Assembly: GCA_050014495.1 (NCBI GenBank)
Contig: JBEKDF010000027.1
Location: 1 to 35,661, forward strand
DNA length: 35,661 nucleotides
From: Candidatus Bathyarchaeia archaeon
GTDB lineage: Archaea > Thermoproteota > Bathyarchaeia > TCS64
Direction of reading: 5' to 3'
The position numbers and the translations under genes are program-made. Numbering within the stretch: the first letter of the stretch is position 1; each line of letters starts with the position of its first letter. The notes beneath the pieces are model-generated. The model saw only the letters and a program-made list of their open reading frames with translations, did no database searches and was not told the DNA's origin. Below, piece by piece: positions 10,258 through 20,186 of the stretch.

Positions 10258-10337
10258 TCAGCGCGCGCATTAATAGCAGCACTTCGCTTTATTGCTAAAG
10301 TATATTAACAACTTTCAATGATTATCAATCGATACAA

Positions 10338-10631
10338 ATGGCGTTAGATCCGCTTGAGCTAGCAGTAATCGTGGGAGCCATAGCCATCTTCTTGATCTGG
10401 GGACCGAGCAAAATACCTGAGTTGGCAAGGTCGCTAGGTAGAGCAAGGGGTGAGTACGCTAAGGCAAGCAAGGAAACCGAATTAGAACAAAGCAAAGCCA
10501 AAACAAAAGAAAAAGATGAGAGCCCAGACAACGAATTAACTCTCGTGGCTCAGGCTTTAGGGATAAGCACTGAGGGCAAGACGAAATCTCAGCTAGCGAA
10601 AGAAATTATTGACAAGAAATCAAATCAATAA
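10338..10631 (+). CDS. tatA: Twin-arginine translocase subunit TatA (copy 1)
   Basis: N-terminal TM followed by WGPSKIPELARSLGRA amphipathic helix. Confidence 0.93.
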   Translation: MALDPLELAVIVGAIAIFLIWGPSKIPELARSLGRARGEYAKASKETELEQSKAKTKEKDESPDNELTLVAQALGISTEGKTKSQLAKEIIDKKSNQ

Positions 10632-10657
10632 ATTCTCACGCCCTATTGAAAGGGAAT

Positions 10658-11566
10658 TTAGATCCTTGATCTTCCACACTTTTTGCAGAAGGCTTCATTC
10701 CCCTTGAACTTGGTCCCACAGTAGCTACAGGTGGCCTCGACTCCGGTTTGAGCATAAATTAAACTGGTAGTTGGCCGGTTCTTCTCGTACCTCTTGGCGA
10801 CCAGGACCGCTCCCTCAATCATGATGGCCACAGGTATAAAGAGTGCGAGGTCGGCCAGCGGGCCACCATCTGGGCTGATTAATGCGGTGATTGCATATAG
10901 GATAATGTAGAATATGGTTCTGTTTTTGGTGATTATCGAGGTCCCAACTATTCCAAATTTGACCAACAGCACAAAGAAGACTGGAAAAGTGAAGCCAATA
11001 CCTGTAAAGAGAACAGTTGTGAAAATCATTGAGTAGAAGTCGTAAGCCGTTATTATAGGCTGCGCACCGACAAATTGGGCGAAGATAATCACTGTAAGAG
11101 ACATGAAGGGAGCCAAAAACAGGTAACCGAAAATCGCGCCGAATATGAAGAATACCGTGAATCCGAATACGAATGGGAATATTGCCTTCTTCTCGTCCTC
11201 ATGCAAGGCGGGGACTACGAACTTAAAAACCTCATACCCGATGACCGGAGAACTAACGATGAACCCAAGAAGAAGAGACGCGAAAACATAGACCTCGAGC
11301 GGATCACCGATCTGCAGACTAATAATTTGAAGATTAGGGGGAGCAACGTAGTTCTTCACATAATTAAGCATAACTGAAATCATGGGCCTGTAAAATCCGG
11401 TCAGAAAACTATTGGGATTAAGTAAATCAAGTGGATTCGCCGGAAACAACATGAAAAAAACTGTGCTGACGAGAAGGACGATTATGACGACCTTAGCCCT
11501 CTGAGCTAGTTCCTTAATATGCTCGAGGAAACTAGCTACAATGCCTGGTTCTTCGGTCGTCGTCAC
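10658..11566 (-). CDS. tatC: Twin-arginine translocase subunit TatC with C-terminal zinc ribbon
   Basis: FLEHIKELAQR, FVVPALHEDEK, ISPDG, six TM segments; CSYC...CKKC tail. Confidence 0.93.
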   Translation of the reverse strand: MTTTEEPGIVASFLEHIKELAQRAKVVIIVLLVSTVFFMLFPANPLDLLNPNSFLTGFYRPMISVMLNYVKNYVAPPNLQIISLQIGDPLEVYVFASLLLGFIVSSPVIGYEVFKFVVPALHEDEKKAIFPFVFGFTVFFIFGAIFGYLFLAPFMSLTVIIFAQFVGAQPIITAYDFYSMIFTTVLFTGIGFTFPVFFVLLVKFGIVGTSIITKNRTIFYIILYAITALISPDGGPLADLALFIPVAIMIEGAVLVAKRYEKNRPTTSLIYAQTGVEATCSYCGTKFKGNEAFCKKCGRSRI

Positions 11567-11605
11567 TTGGTATCCCCACAGGGTGGTGATTGTTCTTTAA
11601 AATAA

Positions 11606-11911
11606 TTAGGGGTTGCTCTTCTTCGCAACGATCTCGTCGGCGATCTCATCCCTCGTTTTACCGACGGTGCTGATGCCTAGCTGCTGAGCGATCTCCAAGA
11701 TCTTGTCGGGCTGTGGCTGCTGCACTTTCGGCTGTTCAGCCATAGTCATCGCCTCTTTGGTGTATTGCTCTACCTCGTTTGCTGCCTTCTGATACTCGTT
11801 CTTGGCGCGTCCAAGGGCCCTCGCTAGCTCCGGTATCTTATTTGGCCCCCAGATCAAGAAGATAGCTACGGCTCCCACGATTGTTGCTAATTCAAGCGGA
11901 TCTAACGCCAT
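11606..11911 (-). CDS. tatA: Twin-arginine translocase subunit TatA (copy 2)
   Basis: N-terminus nearly identical to copy 1 (WGPNKIPELARALGRA); directly upstream of tatC. Confidence 0.93.
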   Translation of the reverse strand: MALDPLELATIVGAVAIFLIWGPNKIPELARALGRAKNEYQKAANEVEQYTKEAMTMAEQPKVQQPQPDKILEIAQQLGISTVGKTRDEIADEIVAKKSNP

Positions 11912-12086
11912 TTTCTATCATATCTTACTCATTATTTGTTTATTTATGTTTTATGTTCTCATTTCAATAGATTTTAAAAAATTAACTTCAGTTTTACATT
12001 TGTAGATCCTCAATCGCAGCAAGATGGTTTCAAGCCTTGTTTGCTTGCGCATACAATATTTTTATTTTAAATGCTATCTAATATTT

Positions 12087-13025
12087 GTGGTTGGAAACAA
12101 TAATCAACTCATAGACCTCGTAAAATGGAGCAGACTCAGATTAAACCATGGGCCCTCCTCCTCAATCACAATTTCTATAGGTAATGTAGGGAAAAAAAGA
12201 CCAAGAGCCCTCATCATCGCGGGAACCCACGGGGACGAGCAGCCCTGGGGTGCTCTGGCGATAAGAATGCTATTGAAAAAAATTGAATTGAGTGATCTTT
12301 ACGGGTCAATACGCATTATTCCAAATGCTAACCCATACGCTATGGAAGAGAACTCCAGGGTATCCCATTTAGATAATCTTGACCTGAACAGAGTATTTCC
12401 GGGGGATGAAAACGGCTCCTACAGCGAAAAAATAGCAGCAATCATAGTTAAAGAGGGGCTGAAGGACGTTGACGTTGTCATCGACCTTCATGGTGGAGGG
12501 AGTTGGTGTGTTAACTCGTTTGCTTTTAGATTCCCCGGTTCCGAATCACTCACAGAAGCAATGTGCGCACCTTTCACCGTAGATGGTGTGGAGAGGAATA
12601 AAACTTTGACAGGCTATGCTAAAACTAGGGGGATGCAAATTCTAGGCGTCGAGATGGGTGGGAGATGCGACGAGGAGGAACAGTGGGCTGAGAAAATCTC
12701 TACTGGACTTTTAAGAGTCTTATCCATTTCAGGGATTTTGAAAAAGGTAAACATGGAAAAACCACACAACTCTATATTGGTTGGTCCAACCAAGGTTCTC
12801 AGGCCGTTGAATGGCGGCGTTTTTATACCGAAGATAAAATCGAAACACGTCGGGGAGATCCTTGAAAAGGGCACAAAATTAGGTTCAGTATGCGATCCAG
12901 TTTCTCTAAACGAAATCGAATCTTTTACAGCACCATTCGATAAAACCGCAATTCTACTTTTAAGACCGACCATGACAACGATTGAGTCAGGGGCAATGAC
13001 TTACGTGGTTGCGCCTTTATACTAA
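12087..13025 (+). CDS. Succinylglutamate desuccinylase/aspartoacylase (AstE/AspA) family zinc hydrolase; the ORF track starts it at 12024
   Basis: AGTHGDE, DLNRVFPG, IDLHGGG and VEMGG motifs; barrel-sandwich-like C-terminus. Confidence 0.85.
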   Translation: MVGNNNQLIDLVKWSRLRLNHGPSSSITISIGNVGKKRPRALIIAGTHGDEQPWGALAIRMLLKKIELSDLYGSIRIIPNANPYAMEENSRVSHLDNLDLNRVFPGDENGSYSEKIAAIIVKEGLKDVDVVIDLHGGGSWCVNSFAFRFPGSESLTEAMCAPFTVDGVERNKTLTGYAKTRGMQILGVEMGGRCDEEEQWAEKISTGLLRVLSISGILKKVNMEKPHNSILVGPTKVLRPLNGGVFIPKIKSKHVGEILEKGTKLGSVCDPVSLNEIESFTAPFDKTAILLLRPTMTTIESGAMTYVVAPLY

Positions 13026-13049
13026 GAAATTAAAATAGGGTTGATCTAA

Positions 13050-14198
13050 TTGGACAAACTTAGCATCGGGGTAATAGGAGCAGGAAGATGGGCGAAGAAT
13101 GCTCATCTACCAGGTTTTTCGAGGTCTCCACTCAGTGAAATAATAGCCATCTGCGATTATGATAAAAAACTCGCTGAAACCATGGCCAAAGAATTCAACA
13201 TACCATACGTCTACACCGATTACAAAGACATGTTGTCAAGAGGTGATATAGATGTTGTCGACATCTGCACTAGAGGTGGACCCGACGATCCTGATAATCA
13301 CGAACGCCTCGCATTTGCAGCAATAAGGGCGGGTAAGCATTGCCTCTGTGAGAAACCAGTAGCACATGATTATAAGAGAACCTGGGAGGCTCATAGGTTA
13401 GCTGTTGAGGGAGGTTTAAAAACTAAGGTCGGTTTGACCTTCAGATACTCTCCGGCTATGATGTATATGTATGAATTGATTAAGAAGGGCTTTGTGGGTC
13501 ATCCCTTCATCTTCAACGGATTTGAGCAGAACTCTCAGTTCATAAGCCCAACTGAGCCAGTCACAAAAGCTGATTTAATGCCAGGAAATAACTCTACTGA
13601 GATTGAGGTCTCTTCAATCGAGGGTTATGGAGCCCCTATCATTGATCTTGGAATAATGTTCATGGGAAGCGATTTGGCTAAAGTTACGGGCATGTTGAAG
13701 AACTTTGTGCCCTATAGAACAAGCTTAGAGGGTACGAAAGTCCGGACAAATATTGATGATGGAGATATCTTCATCGGAGAATTCATGAATGGATCGATTT
13801 GTTCAGTGCAATCTAGTTATGTCGCAGTTGGTAATTACCCAGGATTAGAAGCGAGAATGTATGGATCAAAAGGCGCCTTGATTTGCAGGATAGTCGAAGA
13901 ATTTGGAAAAATCGAGACGCTTCACAGCGCTACACCTGATGCTGTTGAGTTCAAACAAATTGATGTACCCTTGCGATTCTATCCACCAGGCCACTATGAA
14001 GGAGAACCATGGCCTTCACTCTTTTACACGAATCTTGTTCACAACTTCATGAGTGAAATATTGTCCAGTAAACCGGAAAATGAGGGCAACTTCGCTCAGA
14101 GCGCGAAGATCCAGGAGATTATCAATGCAGTAGAAATCTCACATAGGATGATGAGATGGGTTAATCTCCCACTGGATTCCAGCCTTAAATCACATTGA
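13050..14198 (+). CDS. Gfo/Idh/MocA family NAD(P)-dependent oxidoreductase
   Basis: IGVIGAGRWA Rossmann motif, GKHCLCEKP motif. Confidence 0.9.
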   Translation: MDKLSIGVIGAGRWAKNAHLPGFSRSPLSEIIAICDYDKKLAETMAKEFNIPYVYTDYKDMLSRGDIDVVDICTRGGPDDPDNHERLAFAAIRAGKHCLCEKPVAHDYKRTWEAHRLAVEGGLKTKVGLTFRYSPAMMYMYELIKKGFVGHPFIFNGFEQNSQFISPTEPVTKADLMPGNNSTEIEVSSIEGYGAPIIDLGIMFMGSDLAKVTGMLKNFVPYRTSLEGTKVRTNIDDGDIFIGEFMNGSICSVQSSYVAVGNYPGLEARMYGSKGALICRIVEEFGKIETLHSATPDAVEFKQIDVPLRFYPPGHYEGEPWPSLFYTNLVHNFMSEILSSKPENEGNFAQSAKIQEIINAVEISHRMMRWVNLPLDSSLKSH

Positions 14199-14224
14199 GA
14201 TTACAGGTTATTTGAAAAACTTAC

Positions 14225-15217
14225 TTATTTCTTAGATGCCCTGTAACACATAACGAACCTTCCCTCCTCGATCTCTACCAAGTCAGGTTCAGAATCTTTA
14301 CATGAATCCCCATATGGGCATCTTGGTGAGAATCTGCATCCCTGTGGAAGCTGATTTGCACTCGTGGGAATTCTACCTTTAATTGGTATTTCACCGGTTG
14401 TTATGGAGGGATTTGGAACAGGTACTGCAGCGACTAACGCTTGGGTATAAGGATGTTGAGGATCGTTTATAATATCATTAGCGGGCCCCATCTCAACGAT
14501 CTTGCCAAGATACATAACTGCAATTCTGTCACACATGTATCTTGAAACTGCTATGTCATGCGTTATGAAGAGGCTTGTCAAGTTAAATTTATGTTTAAGT
14601 TCGTTTAGAAGGTTTAATACACCGACTCTAATTGAGACGTCGAGCATCGAAACCGGTTCGTCGGCAACAATGAACTTAGGGTTAAGCATAAGGGCTCTCG
14701 CGATCATGACTCTCTGTCTTTGCCCTCCACTAAGCTCATAGGAAAACTTCCGTAGAATCATGTTAACCGGTGTAAGCCCAACAATCTCCATGACCTCCCT
14801 CACCCTCTCCTGGATCCGTTTTTCATCGAATAATTTATGGATCCTCAGAGGCTCCGCGAGTGTGTCCACTATGTTGAGCCATGGACTCAGAAACTCGTAG
14901 GGGTCCTGGAAAATCATCTGCATTTTTAGAGAGAGAGCCCTCAAGTCGTTTTTATCCTTGAGGGTAGACAAATCCGTCCCCTCGAACATAACTTTGCCAC
15001 TCGTTGGCCTTATTGTGTTGATTACAAGGCGCCCAGTAGTGGTTTTTCCGCAGCCACTTTCTCCGACAAGACCAAAAGTCTCGCCAGGGTTAATGTAAAA
15101 ATTAATATTGTCAACTGCTTTAATGTAACGTTTCTCCTTTGAGAAGAGAGACTCGAAGAAACTCCCTCTCAGATCGTAATACTTTGAAAGGTCTTTAGCT
15201 AAAATAAGGGGCTCCAA
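14225..15217 (-). CDS. oppF: Oligopeptide/dipeptide ABC transporter ATPase (OppF/DppF)
   Basis: GESGCGKT, LSGGQRQR, ADEPVSMLD, HPYT and C-terminal GCRFSPRCP; likely TTG start at 15217. Confidence 0.92.
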   Translation of the reverse strand: MEPLILAKDLSKYYDLRGSFFESLFSKEKRYIKAVDNINFYINPGETFGLVGESGCGKTTTGRLVINTIRPTSGKVMFEGTDLSTLKDKNDLRALSLKMQMIFQDPYEFLSPWLNIVDTLAEPLRIHKLFDEKRIQERVREVMEIVGLTPVNMILRKFSYELSGGQRQRVMIARALMLNPKFIVADEPVSMLDVSIRVGVLNLLNELKHKFNLTSLFITHDIAVSRYMCDRIAVMYLGKIVEMGPANDIINDPQHPYTQALVAAVPVPNPSITTGEIPIKGRIPTSANQLPQGCRFSPRCPYGDSCKDSEPDLVEIEEGRFVMCYRASKK

Positions 15218-15218
15218 T

Positions 15219-16193
15219 TCATCGCACTCCATCCAATATCTCCTTCCAGAAGTGACAGGCAACGAAGTGATCACTTTCGACTTCAGTCAGTACTGGTTCA
15301 TTCGTTATACATCTTTCCTGTGAGAATGGGCATCTAGGTGCAAACCTACACCCTTCGGGAGGATTCATTAAATCGAGTGGGTTACCAGGTATTCCCAATA
15401 GCTCCTGTTTAGGTCCCCTTATGTTTGGAAATGCTTTGATCAGGGCTGATGTGTACGGGTGGTATGCGTTCTTAAAGATTATATCAACCGATGCCTTTTC
15501 CACGAGCTTTCCTGCGTACATAACAGCAAGTTCATCACAGGTTTGCGCTATAACGGAGATATCATGAGTTATTAGAAGCATAGTTAAGTCAAGTTTCTCC
15601 CTTAGGCTCTTTATCAACTCCATAATCTGCGCGCTTACTATCACGTCGAGCGCTGTTGTTGGTTCATCGGCTATAATCAGCTTGGGGTTACATGCCAAAG
15701 CCATAGCTATCATTGAGCGCTGCCTCATACCACCGCTAAGTTCCCAGGGATAGTTATTCGCCCTTTCACTGTCTATCCCAACTAGCTCAAGCAAGTTCTT
15801 TGTTCGATCCATTGCCTCAGCTTTCCCAACCTTCTCATGGTAGAGTATTGCCTCGGATATCTGGTCGCCAATCTTGAATAGTGGGTCGAAGGAAGCCATT
15901 GCACCCTGGAAAACCATTGAGAGCTCCTTCCACCTAACCTGTCTCAACTCCTCATCATTTAGCTTCGATAGATCTACACCGTTAAAGAGGATCTCACCCT
16001 CAACAATTCTCCCAGGATTTGGGATCAACCTCATGATGGAGTAAGCTATTGTGGTTTTGCCGCACCCGGATTCCCCGGCTAAACCAAGGGCCTCACCCCT
16101 TTTCACGCTGAATGAGACTCCGTCTACAGCTTTGACGACGCCGAATGGGGTATAGAAGTAAGTCTTCAGATTTGCGACTTGGAGTAAACTCAT
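15219..16193 (-). CDS. oppD: Oligopeptide/dipeptide ABC transporter ATPase (OppD/DppD)
   Basis: GESGCGKT, LSGGMRQR, ADEPTTALD, GCRFAPRCP. Confidence 0.93.
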   Translation of the reverse strand: MSLLQVANLKTYFYTPFGVVKAVDGVSFSVKRGEALGLAGESGCGKTTIAYSIMRLIPNPGRIVEGEILFNGVDLSKLNDEELRQVRWKELSMVFQGAMASFDPLFKIGDQISEAILYHEKVGKAEAMDRTKNLLELVGIDSERANNYPWELSGGMRQRSMIAMALACNPKLIIADEPTTALDVIVSAQIMELIKSLREKLDLTMLLITHDISVIAQTCDELAVMYAGKLVEKASVDIIFKNAYHPYTSALIKAFPNIRGPKQELLGIPGNPLDLMNPPEGCRFAPRCPFSQERCITNEPVLTEVESDHFVACHFWKEILDGVR

Positions 16194-16201
16194 CGGATCA
16201 C

Positions 16202-17080
16202 CTACTTTAATCTCCTAACAGTTGGATTGAGCATAGTATCCAACCCCTCACTTAGGAGGTTGAACCCCAGCATTGCAACCATCACAAAGAGTCCTGGGAA
16301 AATTACCAACCACCATGCTCCTCCGAGTAGAAAAGCCCTTCCACCTGCCAGTTCAGTTCCCCATTCAGGCGTCGGCGGCGGGATCCCAAGCCCAAGGAAG
16401 CCGAGTCCAGCGATCGCCAGTGTCCCGCTTGCCATTCCCAGAGATAATGTCACGAATAATACAGACATGAAATAGGGCATTATATGGTTCCTAATTATGT
16501 ACCAGTTATTTGCCCCTAACACCCTCTCAGCTTCTATGAAGCCTCTCTCCTTCACGGAGATAGTCAGACTTCGGATCAATCTGTAGTTGTAGGGTATCCT
16601 CCCAATTGATATCGCTAATGCTGTTTGCCAAATTCCAGGGCCAAGTACGACAACCATTATGAGCATATAGATGAAGCTTGGGAAAATATACAAAGAATCC
16701 ATCAGAAGCATCATTACTCGATCTAGCGAACCACCGAAGAAACCTGATGCAGCCCCTAGAACAATCCCGATCAATAAGGATAGCCCCACGGCTACTAAGG
16801 AGATCCCGAGGGAGTACCTTGATCCATAAATCAGTCTACTAATTAAATCCCTACCAAGATCGTCAGTCCCCATTAAATGTTGGATAGATGGTGAACTCAA
16901 TAGGTCATTACTGAACGCGAAAGGGTCATGGGGAGTTATATATGGTCCAAAGATGACGAAAATTAACAACACAGCAGCGAAGGCTCCTCCTACTATGACC
17001 ATTACTTTAGCTGATTTGGGAGCTATTCGGAATAGTTCTAAATAATCGAAGGCAGACTTTTTACTAGTCATCGCATTCAT
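16202..17080 (-). CDS. oppC: Oligopeptide/dipeptide ABC transporter permease (OppC/DppC)
   Basis: HLMGTDDLGRD, EAA-like loop, LGFLGLG, PEWG. Confidence 0.93.
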   Translation of the reverse strand: MNAMTSKKSAFDYLELFRIAPKSAKVMVIVGGAFAAVLLIFVIFGPYITPHDPFAFSNDLLSSPSIQHLMGTDDLGRDLISRLIYGSRYSLGISLVAVGLSLLIGIVLGAASGFFGGSLDRVMMLLMDSLYIFPSFIYMLIMVVVLGPGIWQTALAISIGRIPYNYRLIRSLTISVKERGFIEAERVLGANNWYIIRNHIMPYFMSVLFVTLSLGMASGTLAIAGLGFLGLGIPPPTPEWGTELAGGRAFLLGGAWWLVIFPGLFVMVAMLGFNLLSEGLDTMLNPTVRRLK

Positions 17081-17083
17081 CCC

Positions 17084-18091
17084 CTAGTATTTTATCCTCG
17101 GGTCGGATGAGGCGTAGATCACATCGATTATTGTGTTCATAATGACAACAACAATCGCATAGACGGCAACGACTCCCTGTATCGCAGGGAAGTCTCGAGC
17201 CATCAGTGAATCCATTAGTAGACTTCCGAGACCGGGCAGGGAGAAAATTCTCTCCGTTATTACGGTTCCCCCTAATAGCATCGTGAACTGGGCTCCGATC
17301 GATGTGATGACGGGCAACAAGGAATTTCGAAGCGCATGTTTGTAGATAACAACATTTTCTGGCAGACCCTTCGCCTTAGCGGTTACAATATAATCTTCCC
17401 CGAGGACGTTGAGCATAGAAGCCCTCGTGAGGCGACTTAGGGTCGGAATGGCCGTGATGGCGATAGTCACTACGGGCAAAGCCAGATATTTCAGACTCTG
17501 TAACAGTGCGGTGAGATTTAATGTTAGGATGCTATCTAGAACATATAGTCCCGTGATATGTTGCAGATTAAAATCGGGGGGAGATCTCCCAGTGATAGGG
17601 AACCACCCTAATATTAGACCAAATATGATCTGAAACAGGAGAGCTACCCAGAACCCCGGGTTAGAGTGAATATAGAGCATCAGGATTCTAGAGACATGAT
17701 CGAAGATGCCGTCGCGTTTTACCGCGGCAATTATGCCCAGAGGCAAAGCTATGAGGGATGAGAACAGCAGACTCAATATCGCTAACTCTACTGTAGTCGG
17801 GACCGCGTACGATATTTTTAGGCTAACTGGTATTTGATAGACCATAGAAATTCCCATGTTACCCTTGGACAGGTCGGTTATGTAGGAGACATATTGGTCC
17901 AAAATCGGTCGATCTAGACCCAGGTTATGACGAATTTGATCAACATATTTAGTTGGATATTTATCGCCATACATTATTGTGACAGGGTCGCCGGGCAATA
18001 CATGCATTATGAAGAAGATCGATGTGAGGAGTAGAATCAGTGTAGGTATCGCTATCAATAATCTGGTTAAAACATAATACCTCATCTTCAC
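17084..18091 (-). CDS. oppB: Oligopeptide/dipeptide ABC transporter permease (OppB/DppB)
   Basis: LPGDP, LGLDRP, TAKAKGL, HALRNSL, E-x-IF-x-LPG, DPRI. Confidence 0.93.
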   Translation of the reverse strand: MKMRYYVLTRLLIAIPTLILLLTSIFFIMHVLPGDPVTIMYGDKYPTKYVDQIRHNLGLDRPILDQYVSYITDLSKGNMGISMVYQIPVSLKISYAVPTTVELAILSLLFSSLIALPLGIIAAVKRDGIFDHVSRILMLYIHSNPGFWVALLFQIIFGLILGWFPITGRSPPDFNLQHITGLYVLDSILTLNLTALLQSLKYLALPVVTIAITAIPTLSRLTRASMLNVLGEDYIVTAKAKGLPENVVIYKHALRNSLLPVITSIGAQFTMLLGGTVITERIFSLPGLGSLLMDSLMARDFPAIQGVVAVYAIVVVIMNTIIDVIYASSDPRIKY

Positions 18092-18159
18092 CTGTGGGTC
18101 ACCACGTACCTTGAATTACGGGTCTTAATGCTATAATATTTTCTAGAAAAAAAGTTGGG

Positions 18160-19980
18160 TTAGTGAGGTGGATCATGCGTCTGCCAATCAGTGGGTATCT
18201 GCTTAGCGATATTCCAGAGCCCCTGGAAGGGTTTATCGCATGTGGTCCATGGTTTGTAGTTCTGGATATATGCTCCACTTCCGTACCAGAAACCATCGAG
18301 GTAGAGTGGTACATCAAATCCGTGGCTGACGATGTAATCCTGCAGCTGAGTGTAGATGTCCTGTCTCCTGGATTCCTTTCCAGCTACACCATAGATATTC
18401 CTTCCTTCCATCAGAAGAGCATCTACAGCAGGATCATTGAATTTGATACGCATTGCTAGGTCTGGGCTGGTTGAGTACATTAGGTAGAATAGTTCTGTGT
18501 CGGGGTCAGGGTAGTCCATGGTCCATCCTCTACAGAACATCGGGAGCACACCTAATTTTACGTTGGCAGTGTATGTACCCGTCTCGACATACTTTAGATC
18601 GAGGGTTACGCCGATTTTAGCCAATTGTGCCTGAAGGATGGTCCCTAAGTCCCTGTTAAAAGACTCAGTTGCAACACCTGAGGCGTACCAAAATTGAGTT
18701 CCGAAGCCGTTGGGGAAACCCGCATCAGATAACAACTGCTTAGCTTTAGTGATACGATCGGTCATTGACATATCTCGGATTGGTTTCATAACTGCCTTGT
18801 AATACTGTAGGAATGGACGAACAGGGCTATCAGACACGGTCGCTGTACCGAACATCAACTTCGAAACGATTTCACTCGGGTCAACAGCGTACTGAATTGC
18901 TTGTCTGACTGGAATTTTATCCAGCGGAGTAAACTGAGGATCCCAGTTCATGTGAAGTTGGTTTCCAGTCCCCACATTGGGTATAATCTCCATGTGTATA
19001 TTAGGATCTTGTTGCAGGCTTGGAACATCTGGTCTACCAATCTCACCTTGCATAGTGGAATCTATCTCGCCGGATTGAAGGGCCATTCTCAGCGAAGCTG
19101 TATCTTGGTAGCCTGTGACCACAATGGTTTTTATGTTTTCAGACCTAGTTGGCCCCCCCATTCCCCCCAAAGGATTGACTGGGTAATTGGGGTCGGCTGC
19201 CAACACTAGTCTCTGGTTTGGCACCCAGTCACTGAGGTAGAATGGACCAAAAGCACCATTTTTACCAATTAGTACATAGTCGTCTAGGGAATTTGTTTCC
19301 CCGCCATATTTTTGGCCCATGGTCATGCTGAACATGAATGAGTAGTCCAAGGCGAACAAGAAGTGCTTCCAGAATGGTTGGAAGTTAGGGAAGTCAGGGT
19401 TCACGTACATGTCTAGTGTCAAGTCGTCAACTACGACGAGCTTCTTCTGACTAGTTCCCCAAGACTCCTGCATCGCATATACGGCGTACGAATCGTTGTT
19501 TTGTTTCCTATTTGGAAGGTCGTTAAGCGCCCTCTCCCAGTTCCACTTCAGGTTCTGAGCGTTGATCGGGGTTCCGTCTCTAAATTTCCAATTAGCTTGA
19601 AACTTGAATTCGATGTAGGTTTGATTATCGGAGTCAACCAACTGCTTCCAGCTTGCACCGACGAGAGGGTTATATTGACCAGAGGTTTGTCCATCAACCC
19701 AAAATATTCGTGGGGCGATCATGTGTCTGTAGATTGAATCTGCTGAACTTGATCCAATGTCTATGCCTGGGTGAAATTGGAAACTTGTTGTTCCTATGTA
19801 TAGTGTTGATGCCCAAGCATCCCACTTCGCTTTCCTATCTCCTAACTGAGCAGATTGTTGTTGATTATTTGTTAATAACCAGTAACCGCCTACAGCACCT
19901 ACGGCTACAGCCCCCCCTGCAACTGCCAAAAACTTTCTTCTACTAATCTTTTTTGATACTGAGTTTTTGTTATCGGTCAA
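18160..19980 (-). CDS. oppA: Family 5 ABC solute-binding protein with twin-arginine signal/anchor
   Basis: SRRKFL plus hydrophobic helix; KFRDGTP, GPF, VRQAIQYAVD and GWTMDYPDP motifs; first gene of the ABC operon. Confidence 0.9.
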   Translation of the reverse strand: MTDNKNSVSKKISRRKFLAVAGGAVAVGAVGGYWLLTNNQQQSAQLGDRKAKWDAWASTLYIGTTSFQFHPGIDIGSSSADSIYRHMIAPRIFWVDGQTSGQYNPLVGASWKQLVDSDNQTYIEFKFQANWKFRDGTPINAQNLKWNWERALNDLPNRKQNNDSYAVYAMQESWGTSQKKLVVVDDLTLDMYVNPDFPNFQPFWKHFLFALDYSFMFSMTMGQKYGGETNSLDDYVLIGKNGAFGPFYLSDWVPNQRLVLAADPNYPVNPLGGMGGPTRSENIKTIVVTGYQDTASLRMALQSGEIDSTMQGEIGRPDVPSLQQDPNIHMEIIPNVGTGNQLHMNWDPQFTPLDKIPVRQAIQYAVDPSEIVSKLMFGTATVSDSPVRPFLQYYKAVMKPIRDMSMTDRITKAKQLLSDAGFPNGFGTQFWYASGVATESFNRDLGTILQAQLAKIGVTLDLKYVETGTYTANVKLGVLPMFCRGWTMDYPDPDTELFYLMYSTSPDLAMRIKFNDPAVDALLMEGRNIYGVAGKESRRQDIYTQLQDYIVSHGFDVPLYLDGFWYGSGAYIQNYKPWTTCDKPFQGLWNIAKQIPTDWQTHDPPH

Positions 19981-20008
19981 AGATACTCATAGTAAATATT
20001 TTATTTAC

Positions 20009-20024
20009 TTATAAAAAATTTTCG
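20009..20024 (-). promoter_or_regulatory. Archaeal BRE-TATA promoter of the ABC operon
   Basis: Minus strand CGAAAATTTTTTATAA about 30-45 nt upstream of TTG 19980. Confidence 0.5.
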
Positions 20025-20186
20025 TGATTACTTAGTTTTAGACTTATATTTGTTTAAGAACTATTTATATTAATTATCTTGAATTGTAAAAGTCTGCGCG
20101 CGATAATAACTGAAATTTTCCAGGTGATGGAGGAGAAGTTGAATATGTATAAAGGTGAAGCTTAGGGTGATAAATGTGAGTAAAGA

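Noticed and set aside
15218..15274. N-terminal extension of OppF in the ORF track (likewise 23322-23405 for the amidohydrolase)
   Set aside because: It overlaps the upstream gene; family-typical N-termini begin at 15217 and 23321.
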